From Armatimonadota bacterium (GTDB lineage: Bacteria > Armatimonadota > UBA10988): DNA of 64,000 bases. Position numbers and translations under genes: made by a program. Positions 57,455 to 64,000 of this stretch are shown here, one piece after another. The stretch's first letter is position 1. Every line of letters starts with the position of its first letter. Below the pieces are notes generated by a model. That model saw only the letters and a list, made by a program, of their open reading frames with translations, had not been told where the DNA came from and made no database searches. The DNA is taken from the NCBI GenBank assembly GCA_016235455.1, contig JACRKZ010000008.1:1-64000 (forward strand). Reading direction: 5' to 3'.

Positions 57455-59278
57455 CTACTCCATCGCGGAGCCCACCGACTGGACCACGCGCATGACCTCT
57501 TCGATGGTGGTCATGCCGGCCAGGACCTTCTTCAGACCGTCCTGCTGCAACGTACGCATGCCGTTGGCGCGCGCCGCGTCGCGGATTTCGCCGGCCGATC
57601 CGCCCTTGACGATCAGTTCCGAGATCTCGGCGTTCATGATCATCAACTCGTAGATGCCGATGCGGCCCCGGTAGCCGGTTTCGCGGCAGTTGGAGCAGCC
57701 CTGGCCACGGTAGAAGGTGATCGGGTTGTTGGGGTCGGGCTTGAACCCGAACCGCTCCAAGGCTTCCACCGGCGGGTGGTAAGCCACGCGGCACTCGGAG
57801 CAGATCTTGCGGACCAGGCGCTGGGCCATGGAGCCGATCAGCGACGCGGCCACCAGGAACGGCTCGACGCCCATGTCGACCAGACGAGTGACCGACTGCG
57901 GCGCGTCGTTGGTGTGCACCGTGGACAGCACCAAGTGGCCCGTCAGCGACGCTTCGATGGCGATGTGCGCCGTTTCCACGTCACGGATCTCGCCGACCAT
58001 CATGATGTCCGGGTCCTGGCGCAGGAAGGAGCGCAGAGCACCGGAGAAGTCGACGCCGGCCTTGCGGTTCACCGCCACCTGCGAGATGCCCGGCAACTGG
58101 TACTCGACCGGGTCCTCGATGGTGATGATGTTGCGGTCCACCACGTTCAGCTTGTTGAGCACCGAGTACTGCGTGGTGGTCTTGCCCGAACCCGTCGGCC
58201 CACACGAGAGCAGAATGCCGTACGGCTGGACCACCAGCTCCTCGAGCAGCGCCTGCGTGTCGGGGAACAGACCCAGCTTGCTCAGACCGAGCAACACCGA
58301 GCTCTTGTCCAGGATACGCATAACCGACTTTTCGCCGTTGACTGTCGGGATGACGCTGACCCGCAGGTCGTAGTCCTTGCCGCCGTGCTTGATGGGAATA
58401 CGACCGTCCTGGGGCTTGCGCCGCTCGGCGATGTCCATATCGGACATGATCTTGACGCGCGAGAGCATGGGCGCGTGGACGTACTTGGGCACGGACATCA
58501 TCTCGTGGAGCACGCCGTCCACGCGGTAGCGCACGCGTACGTTGCGGCGCTGGGGCTCGATGTGGATGTCCGAGGCCTCGTCCTGAATGGACTTGACGAT
58601 GATCGTGTTGACGATGCGGATGATCGGCGCCTGCTCGGCGTCCACCATGGAAGTGACGTTGTCGTCGTCACTGCCATCGATGTTCATCTCGATGCCGCCG
58701 CGCTCCGCCTCAAAATCCTGCACCGCGGACGACATGAAGTCGGTGGCCGAGGCGCCGCCGAACTCGCTGGCGCCGCCGAACGGGTCGGCCGCCGCGGCGG
58801 CCTGCTCGGTCTCGCGGCCGCCGGCCGCGTTGCCGCCCGCCGCTTGGGCCTGGACGAACGGGGCCAGCTTGGCCTCAATCTCTTTTTCGGGCGCGAGCAC
58901 CGGCTTGGCGATGACCCCGACCATGCGCAGGTCGTCCAGCGCGATGATGTCGGTGGGGTCGGCCATGGCGATGACCACGCTGTTGCCGTCACGCCGGATG
59001 GGCAGCAGCTTGTGCTTGGTGAGCAGATGCAGCGGCACCAGCCGGACCACGGCCGGGTCGGGCGTGATGTCGCGCAGCTTGACGCGCTCGGCGCCAATCG
59101 ACTCGGCCTTGGCGTCCAGCACGTCGTCCTCGCTGGCCAGACCTTGGTCGACCAGCACCGTTTCGAGCCGTGACGATCCGGTTTTGCGAGCAACATCCAC
59201 CGCGGCACGCAGGTCCGTCTCCGAGATGATGCCCTTCTGAACCAGGATCTGTCCGAGATTCCGCCTTGGCGTACTCAC
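57455..59278 (-). CDS. pilB: Type IV pilus assembly ATPase (PilB/GspE)
   Basis: N-terminal LGQILV..G (MshEN-like), ASDIHIEP, PQDGR, GPTGSGKTTT, LRQDPD, zinc Cys pairs. Confidence 0.93.
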   Translation of the reverse strand: MSTPRRNLGQILVQKGIISETDLRAAVDVARKTGSSRLETVLVDQGLASEDDVLDAKAESIGAERVKLRDITPDPAVVRLVPLHLLTKHKLLPIRRDGNSVVIAMADPTDIIALDDLRMVGVIAKPVLAPEKEIEAKLAPFVQAQAAGGNAAGGRETEQAAAAADPFGGASEFGGASATDFMSSAVQDFEAERGGIEMNIDGSDDDNVTSMVDAEQAPIIRIVNTIIVKSIQDEASDIHIEPQRRNVRVRYRVDGVLHEMMSVPKYVHAPMLSRVKIMSDMDIAERRKPQDGRIPIKHGGKDYDLRVSVIPTVNGEKSVMRILDKSSVLLGLSKLGLFPDTQALLEELVVQPYGILLSCGPTGSGKTTTQYSVLNKLNVVDRNIITIEDPVEYQLPGISQVAVNRKAGVDFSGALRSFLRQDPDIMMVGEIRDVETAHIAIEASLTGHLVLSTVHTNDAPQSVTRLVDMGVEPFLVAASLIGSMAQRLVRKICSECRVAYHPPVEALERFGFKPDPNNPITFYRGQGCSNCRETGYRGRIGIYELMIMNAEISELIVKGGSAGEIRDAARANGMRTLQQDGLKKVLAGMTTIEEVMRVVQSVGSAME

Positions 59279-59465
59279 GTCCGTTACCCCGCTTTGAGGC
59301 AGCTCGCCGGCTATCTGGCCGGTGCCGTCCTCTGTGTCATCGCCACTGTCGCGCGCGTGATGGCCGCGCGCGCCGCCGCTCATGCATACCGCAACTACCG
59401 CCTGCGGCCCGCAGTCGTTCCGGGCCAAGGATACCGCATCGCGATCCGGCTTGTCAACGGCCCGC

Positions 59466-60338
59466 TCAGGCGCTGCGGCGCGCCAACTCCGCGCTCAGCA
59501 CGCTGCGCATCAACTCGGCCGGCGGCTCCTGTCCGGTCCACCGCGCCAGTGCCAGAGCGCCCTGGTAGGCCAACATGCTCACCCCGTTGCGGCAGCTCGC
59601 GCCGCGCTCGGCCGCGGCGCGCATCAGTTGCGTCTCGGCCGGGTTGTAGATGATGTCGACCAGCCAGGCGCCGGCCGCCAACGCGGGCAAGGTCACCGGC
59701 GCGGCATCCATCTCCGGGTACATACCCACACTGGTGGTGTTCACAATCAGATCCGCCGCGGCCAGCGTAGTTTCGAGTCGCGACGAATCGAGGGCCATCG
59801 CCTCGGCCGAGCCGGCCCGCACGCGCTCGTTGAGCAGTTCGCACAGCTCGTCGGCGCGCGCCGCGGTGCGGTTGGCCACCACCAGGCGTTCGGCGCCCGC
59901 GCGTACCAGCGACACGCTGACCGCGCGCGCGCTGCCCCCGGCGCCCAGCACCACCACGCGCCGGCCGGCCACCTGGCAGCCGTCGGCGGCCAGCGCGGCC
60001 ACGAATCCGGGCCCATCGGTGCTGTCGCCGACGATGCCGTCGGGCGTGAAGTGGACCGTGTTGACCGTGCCGGTGAGCTGTGCCTCGGCGGTCGGATGGT
60101 CGACCAACCCCAGCAGCGCCTGCTTGTGCGGGATGGTGGCGTTGAAGCCGACCAGCCCGGCGGCGCGCAGGCCGGCCAGCGCGGCGGGCAGGTCGTCGGG
60201 TGCCACCGCGAATGGCACGTAGGCCCAGTCGAGCCCCATGGCCGCCAGCGCGGCGTTCTGCATGGGTGGCGAGAAGCTGTGCCGCACGGGCCAGCCAATG
60301 ACGCCCACCAGGCGAGTAGTGCCCCAGATGTCGGGCAT
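59466..60338 (-). CDS. aroE: Shikimate dehydrogenase
   Basis: IGWPVRHSFSP, NATIPHK, VNT, TDG, LGAGGSARA, NRT, DIIYNP; GGAGG RBS. Confidence 0.93.
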   Translation of the reverse strand: MPDIWGTTRLVGVIGWPVRHSFSPPMQNAALAAMGLDWAYVPFAVAPDDLPAALAGLRAAGLVGFNATIPHKQALLGLVDHPTAEAQLTGTVNTVHFTPDGIVGDSTDGPGFVAALAADGCQVAGRRVVVLGAGGSARAVSVSLVRAGAERLVVANRTAARADELCELLNERVRAGSAEAMALDSSRLETTLAAADLIVNTTSVGMYPEMDAAPVTLPALAAGAWLVDIIYNPAETQLMRAAAERGASCRNGVSMLAYQGALALARWTGQEPPAELMRSVLSAELARRSA

Positions 60339-60354
60339 GGCCTTACCTCCCGAG

Positions 60355-60873
60355 CTAGTCGTCGCGGCGTTCAGCCCAACGCCGACGCAGTAGCGGCCGC
60401 TCAAGCGGCCGGCCCAGCAGACGGTAGACGATGAAGTCGTTGGTGCTGCAGGGGCGGACCAGCACCGTTCGCATGCCCATGCGGTTGCCCCCGACGATGT
60501 CGGTGAACAACTGGTCGCCGACCATGGCCGTCTCGCCGGCCTCCACGGCCATGGCCGCCAGCGCGCGGCGGAACCCCGCGCGCGCTGGCTTGCGGGCCAG
60601 CGCCAGCGTGGGGATGCCCAGTTCGGCCACCATGCGCGCCACCTTGCGCGGCTGGGCCGAGTTGGACAGCACGCACAGCCGCACGCCGTCGGCGATCAGC
60701 GCCTCGAGCCAGGCCCGGGTGGCCGTGTCGAGGTGGTAGGCATTGCGCGGCACCAGGGTGTTGTCGGCATCCATGATCAGGGCGCGAATGCCCCATCCGG
60801 CCAGCCGCTCGGGTGTCAACTCGAGCACGGTATCCAGGCAGTGATCCGGGCGGATGAGGTGGCTCAGGCTCAT
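60355..60873 (-). CDS. yqeG: YqeG family HAD IIIA phosphatase
   Basis: DADNTL, LSN, ARKP, VGDQLFTDIVGGNR. Confidence 0.9.
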   Translation of the reverse strand: MSLSHLIRPDHCLDTVLELTPERLAGWGIRALIMDADNTLVPRNAYHLDTATRAWLEALIADGVRLCVLSNSAQPRKVARMVAELGIPTLALARKPARAGFRRALAAMAVEAGETAMVGDQLFTDIVGGNRMGMRTVLVRPCSTNDFIVYRLLGRPLERPLLRRRWAERRDD

Positions 60874-61868
60874 TTGACCGCTCCCTTGGCTCGGTTGTGT
60901 TCGGCCTCGGTGCGGCTGAAGATGTGGCGGTTGCCCGGCCCGAGCACGTAGAACAGGTAGTCATGCTTCTCGGGGCGCAGCGCGGCCGCGAGGCTGGGCT
61001 TGCCGGGGCAGCAGATGGGCCCTGGCGGCAAGCCCTTGACGCGGTAGGTGTTGTACGGCGAGTCCACCTTCAGGTCGCTGTACATCACGCGCTGCTTGTG
61101 GCGCCCGAGGGCGTAGAGCACCGTGGCATCGATCTGCAGGCGCATGCCGGTACGCAGGCGGTTGGCGATCACGCCGGCGATGCGCGCGCGCTCGTCGTCG
61201 CCGCGGGCTTCGCGCTCGATGAGCGAGGCGATGGTCACCACGGCATGCCGCGTGCGGCCGGCCAGGAGGCGGTCGCCGTCGATGTCGCGCCACACCTCCT
61301 CGAACCGCCGGAGTTGCAGCGCCACCAGCTTCTCGGCATTGGGCGGCGGGTCGACGGTGTAGGTGTCGGGGAACAGATAGCCTTCGAGCGTGGCCCGCGC
61401 GGGCAGGCCGAGCCCGGCCGCGTCGGGTGCCGCCGCGGCCGTCGCCGCGGCCAGATAGGCGTCAGCGGTGCTGATACCGACCTTCTCGGCGCGTTCGGCG
61501 CACTGGCCCAGGCCGAAGCCCTCGGGGAAGGTGACCCGGCGCTCGGCGGTACGGCCCGACGCGAACAGGCTCTGCAACTGGTCGACGCTCATGGCCGGCG
61601 ACACGATGTACGCCCCGGCCTTGAGGCCGAGATGCTTCTGACGTGCCCTGAGGCGGAAGGCGCGAGCGCTGCGGATCACGCCTTCGCCGGCAAGTTGCTC
61701 GCCGACCGCGCGCGCCGAAGCGCCCGACTGCACGCGGAACAGGCGGTCTTCGCCCCCGCCCGCGGCGGTCAAGGCACGACGATACCAGCGCAACGCGGCC
61801 CAGGGGCCGAGGGTGAGCAGCAGCACCGCGGCCAGCGCCGCGCCTAGGACAAAACGACGTACGGTCAT
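60870..61868 (-). CDS. mltG: Endolytic transglycosylase
   Basis: LEGYLFPDTY, IASLIERE, LQIDATV, SPYNTY, GLPPGPI. Confidence 0.93.
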   Translation of the reverse strand: MTVRRFVLGAALAAVLLLTLGPWAALRWYRRALTAAGGGEDRLFRVQSGASARAVGEQLAGEGVIRSARAFRLRARQKHLGLKAGAYIVSPAMSVDQLQSLFASGRTAERRVTFPEGFGLGQCAERAEKVGISTADAYLAAATAAAAPDAAGLGLPARATLEGYLFPDTYTVDPPPNAEKLVALQLRRFEEVWRDIDGDRLLAGRTRHAVVTIASLIEREARGDDERARIAGVIANRLRTGMRLQIDATVLYALGRHKQRVMYSDLKVDSPYNTYRVKGLPPGPICCPGKPSLAAALRPEKHDYLFYVLGPGNRHIFSRTEAEHNRAKGAVK

Positions 61869-61997
61869 GCCGATATGGTAGCACGGCCTCGCCGTGGCGG
61901 GACCGTCGGGACTCGCGCGCGATCGCGGCGCGCCAAACCGAGCTACAATGGTGCCGCGAGGCCGCCCGGCCGGCCTGCTCGAGGACGGTGGCTAGCC

Positions 61998-63818
61998 ATG
62001 CGTTGGTACGGCAGTTGGCGCATCCGCACGCAGCTCGCCGCCATCATGGCGGTGGCGCTCTCGCCCGCCGCGGTGCTGCTGGTCAGCGCCTACCACCGTT
62101 CGCCCCAAGGCGTGGCGTGGCTCGCGTTGGTCACGCTGCTCGCGGCGCTACTGGCCTGGCGCATGTGGCGTAGCGGGCCGGCCCGCCGCCTGGACCATGT
62201 CCTGGCCGTGGCGCAGGCGCTGGGCCGCGGCGACCTGAGCGCCCGCGCGCCGCTCGACGAGGCGGAACACGAGCTCGGCCCCTTGGCGCGCGCACTCGAC
62301 GAGGCAGCCCAGGCGCTGCGCGGCAGCGAGCAGCAACTGCGCGACCTGCTTGAGCTGCTGCCCTTGGCCGCCAGCATCACCGACGCCGAGGGCGGCGTGC
62401 GCATGGTCAACCACCAGCATGTGGCGCTGTTTGGCTACCCGCCTGAGTCGATCCCCGATGCCGAGGCCTGGTTCCGGTTGACCCAGCCCGACCCCGCCAG
62501 CCAGCACGCGGAGCTGGCCCAATGGCGCGACGATCTGGCCGAGGCCGCGCGCCGTGGCGCCGCCACGCCGTGCCGCGAGTACCGCGTGCGGTGTGCCGAT
62601 GGCACGACCCGCGACGTGGAGATCACGCATCGCCCGCTCGGCCATCTGGGCGTGACCGTCTACGTCGATGTCACGGAGCGCAACGGGCGCGCCCGGGAGC
62701 ACCTGGTCAGCGAACGCGAGCGCCTCGTCAGCCAGTCACAGGCCAGCCTGGGCACACTGGCTGGCGGCGTGGCCCACGACTTCAACAACCTCCTGACCAC
62801 CATCATCGGTGGCATCGAGCTGGCGACGCTGGCCAACGGCGAGGACGCGCCCGGCGCCGACGAGCTGCGCCTGGCGCTGTCGGCGGCGCAACGTGCCGCC
62901 GACCTGACCAGCCAGATGCTGGCCTATTCAGGCCAGGGCGTGCGGCAGTTGGCCGACGTGGACCTGGGCTACGCCGCGCGCCGCGCTGCCGGCGCCATGC
63001 TGCCGGTCATGGGCGAGCGCGCCGACCTCAACCTGGCCCTGGCGTCGAGCCTGCCCCTGTTCCGCTCCGACCCGATCGAGATCGAGCGGCTGATCGTCAG
63101 CCTGATCACCAACGGCCTGGAGGCCGTGCCGGCGGACCGGCACGGCAGCGTGACGGTGCGCACCGGCCTGGCGGAGTACGACGCGGCCGCGCTGGCCTCC
63201 AGCCGCACGCCGCGCCCGCCGCGACCTGGCGCGTTCGTCTGGGTCGAAGTGCGCGACGACGGTGTTGGCATGGACGACGAGACCCAACGCCGCCTGTTCG
63301 AGCCGTTCTACTCCACCAAGTTCGCCGGCCGCGGGCTGAGCCTGCCCGCGGTCCAGGGCATCGTCGGCTCCTGTGGCGGGGCCATCTTCATCGACAGCCA
63401 ACCGGGCCAAGGCACAACGGTCCGCGTGCTGTTCCCGCCCGACAACGACGGCGAGCCGTGCGTGCTCGTGGTCGATGACGACGACGATGTGCGCGACCTG
63501 GCCGTGTCGTTCGCCACGCGCTGCGGCTGGCGCGCGATCGGTGTGGCTGACGGCGCGGCGGCGCTGGCCGAGGCGGCGCGCTTGGGCCGTCAGCTGCGCG
63601 TGGTATTGCTCGATCTGTCCATGCCCGACCGCGACGGCCGGGCCGTACTGGCCGATCTGCGAGCGCTGTCGGCCGCTCTGCCAGTGGTTGTCTGCAGCGG
63701 CCACGACCGGGCCGAGGCCCTGGCCGACCTGGCCCAACTCAAGCCCTCTGGATTCCTGAGCAAGCCATTCACCATGGCCAGCTTCGAGCAAGCCCTCCAG
63801 GCTGCGGCGCTGGCCTGA
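61998..63818 (+). CDS. Hybrid sensor histidine kinase (2 TM, HAMP, PAS, HisKA, HATPase, REC)
   Basis: GVAHDFNNLL, EVRDDGVGM, FEPFYSTK..GRGL, VLVVDDD, DLSMPDRDG, KPF. Confidence 0.92.
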   Translation: MRWYGSWRIRTQLAAIMAVALSPAAVLLVSAYHRSPQGVAWLALVTLLAALLAWRMWRSGPARRLDHVLAVAQALGRGDLSARAPLDEAEHELGPLARALDEAAQALRGSEQQLRDLLELLPLAASITDAEGGVRMVNHQHVALFGYPPESIPDAEAWFRLTQPDPASQHAELAQWRDDLAEAARRGAATPCREYRVRCADGTTRDVEITHRPLGHLGVTVYVDVTERNGRAREHLVSERERLVSQSQASLGTLAGGVAHDFNNLLTTIIGGIELATLANGEDAPGADELRLALSAAQRAADLTSQMLAYSGQGVRQLADVDLGYAARRAAGAMLPVMGERADLNLALASSLPLFRSDPIEIERLIVSLITNGLEAVPADRHGSVTVRTGLAEYDAAALASSRTPRPPRPGAFVWVEVRDDGVGMDDETQRRLFEPFYSTKFAGRGLSLPAVQGIVGSCGGAIFIDSQPGQGTTVRVLFPPDNDGEPCVLVVDDDDDVRDLAVSFATRCGWRAIGVADGAAALAEAARLGRQLRVVLLDLSMPDRDGRAVLADLRALSAALPVVVCSGHDRAEALADLAQLKPSGFLSKPFTMASFEQALQAAALA

Positions 63819-63840
63819 CCGGGCCGTGGATCGCCCAGCT

Positions 63841-63869
63841 TTGACATGACCTCCACGGACTGGCATACT
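63841..63869 (+). promoter_or_regulatory. Sigma70-type promoter
   Basis: TTGACA, 17 bp, CATACT, with an upstream TG extension. Confidence 0.6.
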
Positions 63870-63926
63870 GCGAGTCGCCGCCGCAATCGTGGGGCGGTGG
63901 CAAGCAGATATCGTGGCGGGTGCGGC

Positions 63927-64000
63927 GTGTCCAACTCCTGGCAAGACAGCAGCGTGCCGTCCTTCCAGCGCTGGCTGGAGGCCGATCCGGGTCCCGTGGC
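63927..64000 (+). CDS. Possible 5' end of a gene running off the window
   Basis: GTG-initiated open frame (MSNSWQDSSVPSFQRWLEADPGPV..) downstream of the predicted promoter. Confidence 0.35.
   Translation, partial: MSNSWQDSSVPSFQRWLEADPGPV

Noticed and set aside
54047-61868. mltG-yqeG-aroE-pilB-pilT-pilC-pilD cluster as a novel system
   Set aside because: These are standard type IV pilus genes in an unremarkable housekeeping context.

Overview
This is a high-GC (roughly 70%) bacterial chromosomal window with about 48 genes and no rRNA, tRNA, CRISPR array or intact transposase that I could see. Its gene content suggests a diderm Terrabacterium, most likely Armatimonadota-like (inference): a prepilin-type DUF1559 protein, an SLH-plus-beta-barrel outer-membrane protein, an LptD-like protein, YqeG, VanW and a GAAC-N4-GTTC-type SOS box. 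Most of the window is housekeeping (nadA, prfB, dksA-like/lspA/rluD, rfbD, tmk/holB/trxA/htrA, mltG/yqeG/aroE/pilBTCD, mrdA) plus secreted carbohydrate-active proteins. The main points of interest are: (1) a phage-switch-like divergon pairing an XRE-S24 repressor with Cys at the catalytic Ser position and an ECF-like sigma factor whose promoter carries a SOS-box-like site, with the repressor directly upstream of a prfB that lacks the frameshift site; (2) an in-frame fusion of a Hen1 N-terminal fragment to the Pnkp RNA ligase, next to a HAS-barrel/HerA pair without NurA; (3) two REP-doublet elements with covarying stems; (4) repeated leaderless-promoter geometry; (5) a tandem Spy/CpxP-like lipoprotein; and (6) several small deletions and frameshifts that are either genome decay or assembly errors. 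All product calls come from motif recognition by eye, not database searches.
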